From: an uncultured Phycisphaeraceae bacterium
Lineage (GTDB): Bacteria > Planctomycetota > Phycisphaerae > UBA1845
DNA length: 52,668 bases
Assembly (NCBI GenBank): GCA_964405925.1
Contig: CAYOQG010000004.1
Coordinates: 1-52,668 of the forward strand
Reading direction: 5' to 3'
In this document: piece after piece, positions 38,883 through 49,247 of the stretch
Numbering within the stretch: position 1 is the stretch's first letter
Layout of the letters: every line of letters starts with the position of its first letter
Notes under the pieces: generated by a model
The model's database searches: none
Told to the model about the DNA's origin: nothing
Seen by the model: only the letters and a program-made list of their open reading frames with translations
Made by a program: the position numbers and the translations under genes

Positions 38883-39746
38883 ATGCCAGAAATCGCCTAT
38901 GTCAACGGAGTGTTTGGCTCAGTCAGCAACGCAAGGGTCTCGATCGAGGATCGCGGCTTCCAGTTCGGCGACGGCGTATATGAGGTCGTCGTCTCCTACG
39001 ATGGACGACTGTTTCTACTGGACCAGCACATGCGTCGGCTGCGACAAAGCGCAGCAGCCATCGGTATTACATACGACCTTGACGGCCAGCCACTCGAACC
39101 GGTCATCGAGGAGGGCTTTCAACGTTGTGGTTACTCCGATGCCATGATCTACATTCAACTGACGCGCGGAACAGCCCCACGATCCCACGATATCCCGAAA
39201 GATCTGGCACCCACGGTGGTGATGACGTTCAAGCCGCTGCCCTTGGTTCCCGAGGCGTTGCGACGACGTGGTGCCCACGTCATGACAACGCTGGATACAC
39301 GGTGGACAAACTGCTTCATCAAGGCGGTGACCTTGCTGCCCAACGTGCTAGCCAAGAAGGAGGCTGCCGACCGCGGCTACGACGACGCCCTATTTGTGAC
39401 CGAGACCGGTGAGGTCCGAGAGTGCACGTCCTCCAATGTATTTATGGCCAAGGACGGTCGGCTACTTTTTCCAACCCGCACGGAGTCCATTTTGCACGGG
39501 GTGACGCAGGTCTTTCTGCTTGAATGTGCGACCTCGATCGGTGTCGACGTTGCGGAAGAACCGATCCACATTGACACGCTCCGGGCAGCCGATGAGGTGT
39601 TCATGTCGGGCACGTTGGTCGAAGCGCTGGGCGTTACCTCAATAGACGATCAGCCCATTGGAAACGGACAGGTGGGGCCGATCACCGCACGGCTTTACGA
39701 GGAGTTCCAACGACGTTTACGTTGGGGCGAAACGGCGGACGGCTGA
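38883..39746 (+). CDS. Class IV aminotransferase (D-amino-acid transaminase-like)
   Basis: EDRGFQFGDGVYE, YIQLTRG, PLP Lys in IKAVTLLPNV, ECTSSN, ILHGVT, ADEVF. Confidence 0.9.
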   Translation: MPEIAYVNGVFGSVSNARVSIEDRGFQFGDGVYEVVVSYDGRLFLLDQHMRRLRQSAAAIGITYDLDGQPLEPVIEEGFQRCGYSDAMIYIQLTRGTAPRSHDIPKDLAPTVVMTFKPLPLVPEALRRRGAHVMTTLDTRWTNCFIKAVTLLPNVLAKKEAADRGYDDALFVTETGEVRECTSSNVFMAKDGRLLFPTRTESILHGVTQVFLLECATSIGVDVAEEPIHIDTLRAADEVFMSGTLVEALGVTSIDDQPIGNGQVGPITARLYEEFQRRLRWGETADG

Positions 39747-40118
39747 TGCCTTTGCGACTGGGGTGGGAGTTGTGGCCCGATCGCGGGATACGAACGGGTG
39801 TGCCGGCGAGGCCCACGCCCTCTCACCCTATGGACATGTAGCGTTTTGCGGCGCCTTCTCCCCTTGGTTTTCTGAGGGGTCCTTGCTCCGTAGGTTCCGC
39901 TGCTGCTGAGAGAGGAACTGACCATCGGGCTAGCGTCTGACGTTTTCCTACGTTTGTCGGGCATCGCTGGCAATCGCCGACGCCTGGTGTGCCGATCTTG
40001 GGAAGCAGAAACCGGTTGATCGGTCACCTGGGGAATGAATACTTGAGGTCAGTGGTGTATGTACGACGTCTTGATGCCGTTGGCATCGAGACCTGGTGAG
40101 TTTTCGGAGGTTCCCATC

Positions 40119-42350
40119 ATGTATCGGTACGTGCTTCCATCCTTGGTTCTGGCCCTTGTTCCGGGTTGCGGCCTTCTCTCCGTACTCTTGCGGCTTGATC
40201 AGGAATCGGGTTCATCCGAGCTGAAGGCATTCAAATCGCGGCAGGAGCTGGCGGATTACTTCACCGTCCAGGTCAATGCCCGGCAAAGTGGTTTCCTCGA
40301 CCAAAATGGCGGCCTCTGGTTTGCCCCCGAGTCGGGACTGCCTGGGACTGAGGACGCGGCCGGGGTGGGTGGTGCTCCGGATGCAGCCCCACCAAGGGAC
40401 GGTGGAACCGGTGGCGGTGAGGGCGCTGCCGCCGATTCGTCGGAAAGCGAGTTTTCGCAGACCACGATCCAGGAGGAAGGTGTTGACGAGGCCGATGTCG
40501 TCAAGACTGACGGCAACTACGTGTATGTCATCCACAGCGGGGGAAACGACGGCAAGGGGCTGTTGCGAATTGTGGATATGTCGCCGCCGTTACAGCTTGC
40601 CCAGAGGGGCGAGTTGACGCTCCAAGGTTACGGCCGAGAGATCTACCTGCATGATGGCAAAGTGGTGGCACTGACGGAAAACTACGGCGGCTACTTCCAC
40701 GTCCTTCCCATGGAGACGGTCTCTGCACCGACGGAAGTCATCGATTCGGAGGAGCCGGTCAGCGATGGTGGCGATGATGAAGATGGGGTTGCCACGGATG
40801 CCGATATCGTGGCACCAGACGGGGTCATGGAATATGAATACGAGCGGCCGAGCACGGTGGTCACGATCATCGAGTCCTCCGACCCCGCCAACCCAGTGGT
40901 CCTTTCCGAGACGACGTTCGAGGGCACGCAGGTGTCGAGCCGGATGATTGACGGGGTGCTCCATCTGGCGCTGGCCAACTATCAGGACTACCTGTACGGA
41001 GTGATGCCGGGGATCGGTGAGCCGCGAGTCGTGTTGAGTGAGACGGACGTGGACGTCCTGATTCCCGACTTTGAGCGTGTTGACGGTGACGGGGAGACGT
41101 CAGGTGGTGATATGGTGACGTGGCGGGAGATGTATCATCCCGTCGACCCGGACGGTTTTGGGCTCGTGACGCTCGTCAGCCTCGACGTGGACAACGACGC
41201 GCAGTTCACGGCTGTTGGCGTGGTCGCGCAGCCGGGGCTGGTTTACTCCTCGCTCGACGCTTTCTATCTGACCGACACGGGGTATGACGTCCGCAACGAA
41301 ATCCGAGAGACGACGGACATTTACAGGTTTGCGTACGTGGGCCGTGGTGCTGAGCCGCGGGCGACGGGGAGCGTGCCGGGGCGGGTGCTCAACCAGTACT
41401 CGATGGGCGAGTACGAGGGGTACTTGCGGGTGGCGACGACGATCGAGGGTGGTTTTACGGCGTTTTTCGAGCGGATTCCGCCTAAGAACGCGGTGTACGT
41501 GCTGGGTGAGACCACGGGCGAGCCGGACGCAGGCACCGGTGAAGCGCAAACGACGGGCAGGCTCGGGGTGATCGGCAGGATCGAGGACATCGCCGTGGGC
41601 GAGCAGATTCGGTCAGCCCGGTTCATCGCCGAGCGTGGTTATCTGGTTACCTTCGAGCAGATTGACCCACTGTTCACGCTCGATTTATCCGATCCGACGA
41701 ACCCGCAGATTGTCGGCGAGCTGAAGGTGCCGGGTTTCTCGACGTTCCTTGTCCCGATGGATCAGGACCATCTCCTGGCTGTCGGTCAGTATATCCCGGA
41801 ACAGAGTCCGTTTGGAGGGTGGGGCGTGCAGCTCACCATCTTCGACGTGTCCAACTTCGCCGAACCCACGGAACTGGACAAGGTCGTCCTTGGGGCGGAT
41901 GGTGATGCCTCTTCCGAGGCACTCTATAATCCGAAGGCGTTCACCTACTTCGCGGAACGTGGGCTCGTCGCCCTCCCGGCGACGATCAACACGGGATGGT
42001 GGTTCCTAGAAGACGTTGATGTTGGAATCGTGCGGACGGGCGAGGGAGAAGGGGACGATAGTGTACCCGTGGAGCCTCCGCCGGATGACGGGCTGGTCGA
42101 TGACATGATCGCCCCGCCCATTCCGCAAGGCTTTGAGGGTCTGGTCGTGTTCAGCGTATCGGTGGAGGAGGGTATCAACGAGCTCGGTCGGATCAGCACG
42201 GTCTTCGATGAATCAGCCGGTTGGTGGTGGACAGCGTTTACCCGTGGTGTCTTCATCGGCGATGATGTCTTTGCGGTCACCGATCGCGGAGTGCGTGGTG
42301 CGTCGATCGCTGATGCGAGCACGGTTCTCTATGAGCTACCGTTTAACTAG
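40119..42350 (+). CDS. Secreted beta-propeller domain lipoprotein (Beta_propel type)
   Basis: Lipobox VPGC; TTIQEEGVDEADVVKTDG, LNQYSMGEY..LRVATT, IRSARF, YLVTFEQIDPLF, GELKVPGFS; GGAGG RBS. Confidence 0.9.
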   Translation: MYRYVLPSLVLALVPGCGLLSVLLRLDQESGSSELKAFKSRQELADYFTVQVNARQSGFLDQNGGLWFAPESGLPGTEDAAGVGGAPDAAPPRDGGTGGGEGAAADSSESEFSQTTIQEEGVDEADVVKTDGNYVYVIHSGGNDGKGLLRIVDMSPPLQLAQRGELTLQGYGREIYLHDGKVVALTENYGGYFHVLPMETVSAPTEVIDSEEPVSDGGDDEDGVATDADIVAPDGVMEYEYERPSTVVTIIESSDPANPVVLSETTFEGTQVSSRMIDGVLHLALANYQDYLYGVMPGIGEPRVVLSETDVDVLIPDFERVDGDGETSGGDMVTWREMYHPVDPDGFGLVTLVSLDVDNDAQFTAVGVVAQPGLVYSSLDAFYLTDTGYDVRNEIRETTDIYRFAYVGRGAEPRATGSVPGRVLNQYSMGEYEGYLRVATTIEGGFTAFFERIPPKNAVYVLGETTGEPDAGTGEAQTTGRLGVIGRIEDIAVGEQIRSARFIAERGYLVTFEQIDPLFTLDLSDPTNPQIVGELKVPGFSTFLVPMDQDHLLAVGQYIPEQSPFGGWGVQLTIFDVSNFAEPTELDKVVLGADGDASSEALYNPKAFTYFAERGLVALPATINTGWWFLEDVDVGIVRTGEGEGDDSVPVEPPPDDGLVDDMIAPPIPQGFEGLVVFSVSVEEGINELGRISTVFDESAGWWWTAFTRGVFIGDDVFAVTDRGVRGASIADASTVLYELPFN

Positions 42351-42878
42351 GCTCGGCCAAGCGGAGAAGTTCGGGCGGGATAGTGCCTGAGTTGTGTCGC
42401 AGTCGATTTCACAGCGCCTTCGCGCCATGCGGCGCAGCTTTCCGAGCATGAGGCTTTGAGATGGCCGAACACAGCAGAAGCTGTGGATCGGCTGCGACTG
42501 CATCAGGGTTACTGTAGCTGTCCTACCCCAGGTCTCGCGGCGTGGGATGTGCGGTCCGGTCCGTCGTTAGACCACTTTCAGTCTGAGTACGCCGATGACG
42601 GTATGTGGGGGTGAACTGCGTCCGTCCCACCGCGCAGGTTCCCGGCGCGCCGGGACAAGTTCCGCCGGCAGCTCGGGGTTGCGCGTAAGGGCACATCTGC
42701 GCTGCAATTGGTGCTGACCCTTTGGTGGGCCGATAATCCCCAAGGGCCCTACCCGTCGGAGGAGCTTGTAGTCCACAGCAGGTTGCTTAGGGTCGGATTG
42801 CCGCATATCACCGGTTGGCTTACGATGGATGCTCGGCCTGGATCAGTGTCGTCTTGAAATCTGCCAGGGAGGGCTGTC

Positions 42879-45800
42879 ATGTTCTCAACACATACCTTTC
42901 CATCGTGTCTGTTCCTCGTGCTTGTCGCGTGGCTCCAGACCGAGCCTGTTGTCGTCCGCGATGGTCCGACCAGTGAAATCTTCTCAAATCCTCTGTTGCA
43001 GCAGGTCCCTCAGTCGTCGGAGGACGTTCAGCGGCGGATGGAGTTGGCCCAGTCGCGCTTGGATGCTCTTCGTGAGACGATCGAAGAGGGAACAGATCGC
43101 AAGGACCCTGCGGTTGAGACAATGCGCGCAACGCGAAGCGAGGTTGTGCAGGCGTGGGAAGCCTACCTCCTCAAGCTTCAGCGCTTCACCGCAGTGAGGC
43201 AGGAACTGGCGGAACTGACCAGTCCGGAACATCTCGAGTCCTTTAGCCAGGAGCTCACAAAGCTTCAGGAGGAAACGTCTGAGCTGAAGCGTGCGCCGGT
43301 TGCCTCGGAGCCGACCGAAGAGGAGATCGCCGATCTGCGAACGAAGATTTCGGCACTGGAATCGCAGGTCAACACGCTGGCGGAGTCACAAACACGGCTT
43401 TCCCAACAGTTGGCTGGCGGCTTTGAGCAGCAGACCCAGGCTCTGCAAGAGGAGCTCACACAGATCCGGCAGCAAGGTGATGAGTTGGCGAAGCGTTCAG
43501 GTGAGTTGACCGCCTCCGCGGAGTCGAGCGGTGAGCGGCAACGGGTCGAGCTTGAGCGGGAGCGGGTGGCGGTCCGCGTTGCGGCAGCGGAGGTTGCCTT
43601 GCAGAACATGGGGCCAGAGGCGCAAGACGCGCAGCACGCTCTTGACCAGGGCGGACGTCGGCTGGCCGTCCTGCGGGAGCGACTTTCGGTGCTGCGGGAT
43701 CGCCTCAACACCTTGGCCGAAGCCCGCACGCGAGCGCGGGTGAAGGAACTGGAAGCCAGCAAAGCGAGCGGGCCCGCTGAGATGGCGCTTCGTGACCTGC
43801 AGCTCTTTCGTGAGCGGGTGCTGCTGCACTACTTCCAGGACCCCAAGCGAATCCGCCGCGTGCAGGAACGGTTCCCGCAGCGCTTGGCCGACCGGTTGAA
43901 AACCAGGGTGGATCTGGCGAAGACCTATTGGGAACGAGCTCTGGAATCGTTGGATTATCGAAGTGGCGACGAGCTCGCCACCCTCTTACAACGAGCCCGC
44001 GAGGAGACCGACGAATTCAAGACGCTGCTGGGTAGTCTGCGTAACCCGCTCGCCCGGACGCTCGACGAAGTGCAAGAGCTTCAGGCGGTTCGTGATCGGG
44101 CTGTTCAGCGGTTCGGCGTTTTGGCGGATCAGATCCGTGCGACTGCCGGCGCAAAGGACGCCGCCGAACGCACACAGCTCGATACCGCAGTCACAACGGA
44201 ACGGGTGGCGCTCGAAGATGGCATGCGCCTGGGTTTCGAGGAGGTCGAGAAACTTTCGACCCGACTCGAGGATACCGTGAGCCGCGTCACCAACTGGGTA
44301 CGCGACTTGCAGGACATGCAGCAGACCCTTCGTTGGGCGCGCCTCGGGCGGCGAGATTCGGGACTATGGGGTGCTCCCTGGTCCGCCGCTCGTGCCGACC
44401 TTGTGGCATTCTGGCAAGCGCCGCCTCTTGACAGAGCCGAGGGCGACGAAGCTGTATCCGCGAGAGCGTTACGTCGCGAGCTGTTCGGAGAGCAACAAGA
44501 CACCTTCACCCAGAGCCGCCGCGTCGCACGGACCGTCGGACAGAGTCTCTCGATAGTCCCAACGCGAAGATGGTTCTGGACCACCGTCGGTGTGTTACTG
44601 GCCGGGCTGTTGGGGATCATCGTCTACAGATCGGCGCGGAAAAGAGGCGTTCGGCTGGCACGGGAGATCGTCGAACAAATGGCGGTGACCCGCCAAGGCC
44701 CCCACGCCATCGGCGCTGGCTTGAGCAAGCGCATCAACCTGATGCTCTTGAACATGGTCGGAGATCTGGCGATCCCACTTCTTGTTGCCGGGGCACTTGC
44801 GTTTGCAGTATGGCGACTCACTGCCAACGAGGTGACCGAGCAACTGGTGAGCGTGTTTTTCGGCACGATCGCCCTGGGCATCACGGTGCTTCGGCTGGTG
44901 CACCACCTGTTCGAAGCAGAGAGTCCGCCACATCGACCCATTCCCTGCAGCGACCGCGTAGCACGGCATTACCGCAAATGGCTCGGCCTGATGATTCTGT
45001 TCTCGCTCGTCGTGTTGCTCGTTCCGCTCATGTTTAGTGTCACTGGGCTAGCTCCAGGCCTTCGGGTGGCGCTGTTCGAAGTCCATAAGACGGGCTTTTT
45101 GGTGCTGATTCTGCTTTTTCTGATCCGTAAGGAATGCGTTCTCGGACTGGGTGACGTGGGGGCGCTGAGCTGGGGGCTCATGCTGACGTGGATTGCCTAT
45201 CCCGTGCTGGTGCTCGCTGCAGCAGCCTTGTTGGTGTTGCAGGTGATCGGGTATGGAGTGCTGGTGACTTACGTGGGCACCGGGCTGCTGCTGACCGTAG
45301 GCATCTTGATCGTGATGGGTACCGGGATCGAGTACGTCAATGACATGATAGACCGACACGCTCAGCAGGTTCCCCTGCCTGGCGACGCTCGTTCTCAAGA
45401 TACAGTGGCGGCTACCGGTGATATAGGCTCGGAGGCGGCGAGCACGCAATACGTGATCGCGATGGTTCGGTGGTTCGTTCGGATTGCCGGAGTGGCGCTC
45501 ACGATTCTGTTGATCCTTAGGGCCTGGGATGTGCCCGTGCGCGCAGCCACGCTCGACTGGGGGCGGATCGGGGTCGGCTTGTCGGCGTTTCTACTTGCCC
45601 TCTTGCTGGATCGCCTGGTGCTCACGACGCTGGTGGCCCTTCACACCAGCGGCCGTCTGCCAGAGAGCACGGTTCACATCATCCGCCGCTGGGTCCGCGG
45701 GGTGTTGACGATCATTGTGGGGCTGTTGGTCGTCGCCATCGCCGGGTTTGAGGTCAAGAGCCTTTGGGCGCTGCTGGCTACGTTTCTGGGATTGGTGGCG

Positions 45801-46094
45801 ATCGGATTCGTCGCCGTGTGGAGCATTCTGAGCAACATCCTGGCGACGTTGATCATCCTCATCTGGCGGCCCTTCAACGTCGGAGAGCGCATTACCGTTC
45901 TACCGGAGGGGCTCGAGGGACAGGTTATTGACATCAACTTCATGTATACGACTCTCAAGTCGGATGGAGGCAGCAAGGTCGCTATCCCCAACAACTTCTT
46001 CGCCCAGAAATTCGTCCGCCGCCAGCCCCTGCGCGGTGAGCCCAAGCGAAGCCTGGCAGAGCAGCTCGAATCCGAGGAGCCGCTGAGCGATTAG
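42879..46094 (+). CDS. Large MscS-family mechanosensitive channel with long periplasmic coiled coil (MscK-like architecture)
   Basis: Signal peptide, about 480 aa coiled coil, about 11 TM, GLVAIGF..SNILA..RPFNVGERI..EGQVIDIN..IPN. Confidence 0.9.
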   Translation: MFSTHTFPSCLFLVLVAWLQTEPVVVRDGPTSEIFSNPLLQQVPQSSEDVQRRMELAQSRLDALRETIEEGTDRKDPAVETMRATRSEVVQAWEAYLLKLQRFTAVRQELAELTSPEHLESFSQELTKLQEETSELKRAPVASEPTEEEIADLRTKISALESQVNTLAESQTRLSQQLAGGFEQQTQALQEELTQIRQQGDELAKRSGELTASAESSGERQRVELERERVAVRVAAAEVALQNMGPEAQDAQHALDQGGRRLAVLRERLSVLRDRLNTLAEARTRARVKELEASKASGPAEMALRDLQLFRERVLLHYFQDPKRIRRVQERFPQRLADRLKTRVDLAKTYWERALESLDYRSGDELATLLQRAREETDEFKTLLGSLRNPLARTLDEVQELQAVRDRAVQRFGVLADQIRATAGAKDAAERTQLDTAVTTERVALEDGMRLGFEEVEKLSTRLEDTVSRVTNWVRDLQDMQQTLRWARLGRRDSGLWGAPWSAARADLVAFWQAPPLDRAEGDEAVSARALRRELFGEQQDTFTQSRRVARTVGQSLSIVPTRRWFWTTVGVLLAGLLGIIVYRSARKRGVRLAREIVEQMAVTRQGPHAIGAGLSKRINLMLLNMVGDLAIPLLVAGALAFAVWRLTANEVTEQLVSVFFGTIALGITVLRLVHHLFEAESPPHRPIPCSDRVARHYRKWLGLMILFSLVVLLVPLMFSVTGLAPGLRVALFEVHKTGFLVLILLFLIRKECVLGLGDVGALSWGLMLTWIAYPVLVLAAAALLVLQVIGYGVLVTYVGTGLLLTVGILIVMGTGIEYVNDMIDRHAQQVPLPGDARSQDTVAATGDIGSEAASTQYVIAMVRWFVRIAGVALTILLILRAWDVPVRAATLDWGRIGVGLSAFLLALLLDRLVLTTLVALHTSGRLPESTVHIIRRWVRGVLTIIVGLLVVAIAGFEVKSLWALLATFLGLVAIGFVAVWSILSNILATLIILIWRPFNVGERITVLPEGLEGQVIDINFMYTTLKSDGGSKVAIPNNFFAQKFVRRQPLRGEPKRSLAEQLESEEPLSD

Positions 46095-46424
46095 GTTCTC
46101 TTATTTATTCACGGTGCCTCGTCGCCACAGTTCCCGAGCATCACTGCTGAGACTACGGTTGTTTACTGAGGGGTGCCGCCCAACAAGAGACCTCACCGGT
46201 GACGTCCCCGTGTGTTTGGCGTACCCACGATGTAATTCGCGACGACAGGCGCAGTAAAGCACGGGGTTGTTTTCGGTCCTCAAATATGCTTAAATAACGC
46301 AGCGGGGTTACCGGGCTTTGGTGGGCTTGTTGAAGGCCGCATCGCCAATGCCCGAACGAAGGGGTGATACAGGTGTGGGCCAGTTTACCACCGGTACCGG
46401 TCCGCCAACTTTCCGGAGTGTCCG

Positions 46425-48917
46425 ATGGACCAGCGAATGACGGATTCTATCCTCGAGCGTCTTTTGAGCGTGCTGCTCGTTGCGGTTGGTGCAGCGGGTC
46501 TGATGAGCGTCGGTCTACGGGCTCAGGAGAAGCAGCCCGGCGAGGTTGCCCGGCCGGTCCATCGATGTGGAAAAGCCGAAGCTGCGGCGCGGCTGACGTC
46601 GGCTCAGCCGGAAGCCAGGCCAAGCAAAGCCTACCTCGAAACCATGGAGCAAACCGACGTTCAGCACTACATGCTGGACATCGAGGTCGCCAACCTCGAC
46701 CCCGATAACAACACCTGCACCATCACCGGCAGCAACACGATGACCATCCAGAGTAAATCCAGCTCGCTCACGCAGTTCACGTTCCGTTTACGCGAGCAGT
46801 TCAACATCACCAGCGCGGTTGTCAACGGCTCGACACCGGTCAGCGTGAGCACGGAGAGTATTTCGACGCGGGTGGCAACGCTCGATCGGACCTATGCGAT
46901 GGACGAGGTGTTCGATTTGACGATCGAGTACACCGGTCAGACGGTCTCCGCTGCCTTTGGCTCGATCGAGGTGGACACGCACTCGGGCGGCATCCCGGTG
47001 GTGGCGACGCTCTCCGAACCTTACTACGCCTACACATGGTGGCCTGCCAAGGACGGCGATCTCTATCTGCCGGGTGACAACTCGGACAAAGCGACGCTGG
47101 ATTTCTGGATCACGGTCGCGGACAACTTCACGGTGGCGTCCAACGGTGTGCTCGAAGGTGTCGACACCTTGGCAGACAGCCGCAAGCGCTACCGATGGTC
47201 CACGGACTATCCGATCGCGACGTATCTGGTGAGTTTCTCGGCGACGGAATACAACACGTGGACGTCGACGTACACCTATCCGGGAGGCACGATGCCCGTC
47301 GAGTTCTTCATCTACCCTTCGCTCGACTCGCCCTATTACCGGTCGCTGTGGGAGGACTGTATCGACATGATCGGGACCTTCCGTTCCCTCTTCGGTGAAT
47401 ATCCGTTCGTCGACGATAAGTATGGTATCTACAACTTCCCATTCGGTGGCGGGATGGAACATCAGACCATGACCGGACAGGGAGGATTCAATGAATATCT
47501 AACCGCCCACGAGCTCTCCCACCAGTGGTGGGGCGATGCGGTGACCTGCAAAACGTGGAACCACATCTGGCTTAACGAGGGTTTTGCATCCTATGCCGAG
47601 GCCCTGTGGGCGGAGCACAAGGCCGGCAGCAGCGGTTTACCGGCTCTGAAGAGCTACATGGCCGGTATGCGGTACACCGGAAGCGGCAGTGTTTACGTCT
47701 ACGACGATGAAGTGGATGAGCTATGGGAGATCTTCAACGGCAGCACGAGCTACAACAAGGGTGCATGGGTGGTGCACATGCTCCGCGGCGTGCTTGGTGA
47801 CGACAATTTCTTCGACGCGATCGCCGCCTATCGCGCCACCTTCGAGGGCAGCGCAGCCACGACGGAGGACCTGCAGGCCATCTGCGAGGACTTTTACGAC
47901 GGCGAGAGTCTCGATTGGTTCTTTGCGGAATGGGTATACGGTGAGCGCGCTCCGTCCTACGCCTACGGTTGGACATCGACGCAGGTCAATGGGAAGGACT
48001 ACTTGTTGCTCTACGTCGACCAGGTTCAAAACATTTCGTATCAGCGGTTCACCATGCCGGTCGATATTGTCGTCAACGGTGACGCGACCCACGTGGTGTT
48101 CAACGATGCCGACCCCGAGCACTTTGTGATTCCCACAAACTCGACCCCGATGATCGTGCAGTTTGATCCGGATGCTTGGATTCTCTGGGACAGCGTCTCT
48201 GGAACCGGTTATGTTCCGGGGCCGCCAACAATCGTCGAGACGGCGCCCGCACCGGGCGCTGGCGTAGATTATGTGGAACAGACCGAATCGGTGAGCGTGT
48301 TCTTCCACACACCGGTGGACGCCTCGAGCGATGATTTCGCGCTGGTCGGCGAGACGGTCGGCAACGTGCCATTCTCGACGGGATCGCTGACGAACGTAAA
48401 TCCGGTGATTCTGAACCTCTCCGGGCCGCTTTTGCCGGATATGTACACGTTGACGGTCACCGATGGCGTGGTCGCCACAGGCACAACGATGTCACTGGAT
48501 GGCGAGATCGCAGATCCGCTGGATCCAAGCTCATTGCCATCTGGTGATGGGCTGGCTGGCGGAGGGTCGATGATACGGTTCACGGTAGTATCTTTCTTTC
48601 CGCTGGGCGACTTCGATGACGATGGTGACGTCGATCTGAATGACGCGGCCACATTCGCCGCGTGCTACACGGGCGAAGAGGGCGGACCGATCAATCCGGG
48701 ATGCGAGCCCGGCGATCTCGATCTGGACGGCGACATCGACTGTGACGATTGGGTGCTGTTCAAGTTGGTGTGGACAGGTCCAGGCGATCCGCCGCCCTTT
48801 GCGCTCTGCGACCCCCCGATCCCAACCGTGTCAGGGTGGGGATTGCTGGTCCTGACGCTGCTGGTCCTAAGCAGCGGGGCCGTTCTTGTACGGCACAGAC
48901 ACATGGTCAGTGTATAG
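46425..48917 (+). CDS. Secreted M1-family aminopeptidase with Ig-like, dockerin-like and IPTL-CTERM modules
   Basis: GGMEH, HELSHQWWG...WLNEGFA, SYNKG; C-terminal IPTVSGWG-TM-RHR. Confidence 0.93.
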   Translation: MDQRMTDSILERLLSVLLVAVGAAGLMSVGLRAQEKQPGEVARPVHRCGKAEAAARLTSAQPEARPSKAYLETMEQTDVQHYMLDIEVANLDPDNNTCTITGSNTMTIQSKSSSLTQFTFRLREQFNITSAVVNGSTPVSVSTESISTRVATLDRTYAMDEVFDLTIEYTGQTVSAAFGSIEVDTHSGGIPVVATLSEPYYAYTWWPAKDGDLYLPGDNSDKATLDFWITVADNFTVASNGVLEGVDTLADSRKRYRWSTDYPIATYLVSFSATEYNTWTSTYTYPGGTMPVEFFIYPSLDSPYYRSLWEDCIDMIGTFRSLFGEYPFVDDKYGIYNFPFGGGMEHQTMTGQGGFNEYLTAHELSHQWWGDAVTCKTWNHIWLNEGFASYAEALWAEHKAGSSGLPALKSYMAGMRYTGSGSVYVYDDEVDELWEIFNGSTSYNKGAWVVHMLRGVLGDDNFFDAIAAYRATFEGSAATTEDLQAICEDFYDGESLDWFFAEWVYGERAPSYAYGWTSTQVNGKDYLLLYVDQVQNISYQRFTMPVDIVVNGDATHVVFNDADPEHFVIPTNSTPMIVQFDPDAWILWDSVSGTGYVPGPPTIVETAPAPGAGVDYVEQTESVSVFFHTPVDASSDDFALVGETVGNVPFSTGSLTNVNPVILNLSGPLLPDMYTLTVTDGVVATGTTMSLDGEIADPLDPSSLPSGDGLAGGGSMIRFTVVSFFPLGDFDDDGDVDLNDAATFAACYTGEEGGPINPGCEPGDLDLDGDIDCDDWVLFKLVWTGPGDPPPFALCDPPIPTVSGWGLLVLTLLVLSSGAVLVRHRHMVSV

Positions 48918-49247
48918 CCCGCCGGGACGGCACCGTGCGTCCGTGATCGGCAGATGACCACCCGCCGTCGGGCCTGAGATCTGGCCGCGACCCTTTCAGT
49001 TTGTGCAAACCTGTTTGGACAGCTACATTGGCGGTGCGGGTTACGCCGATTTTTAGTACGATCCACTACGGATGACGACTGCCGACCGCGCGGAAACTCA
49101 TAGGACGTGGGGGAGGACCCCAACCCCGCTGGGAATATTGATTCGGGACATCTCGCGCGTCCGGGTTTCTGGTTTCGAGTCGGAACAGTCAAGGTTATTT
49201 ACGAAGGCGCTTTGCACGAAAGGAACGAAGTGGTGGTCCAGAACCTT

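Noticed and set aside
46240-46315. c-di-GMP-I riboswitch (AGCGGGGTTACCG resembles the 3' end of Vc2)
   Set aside because: No upstream GGCAAA / GNRA-capped P2 / GACGCAAAG core and no complementary strand
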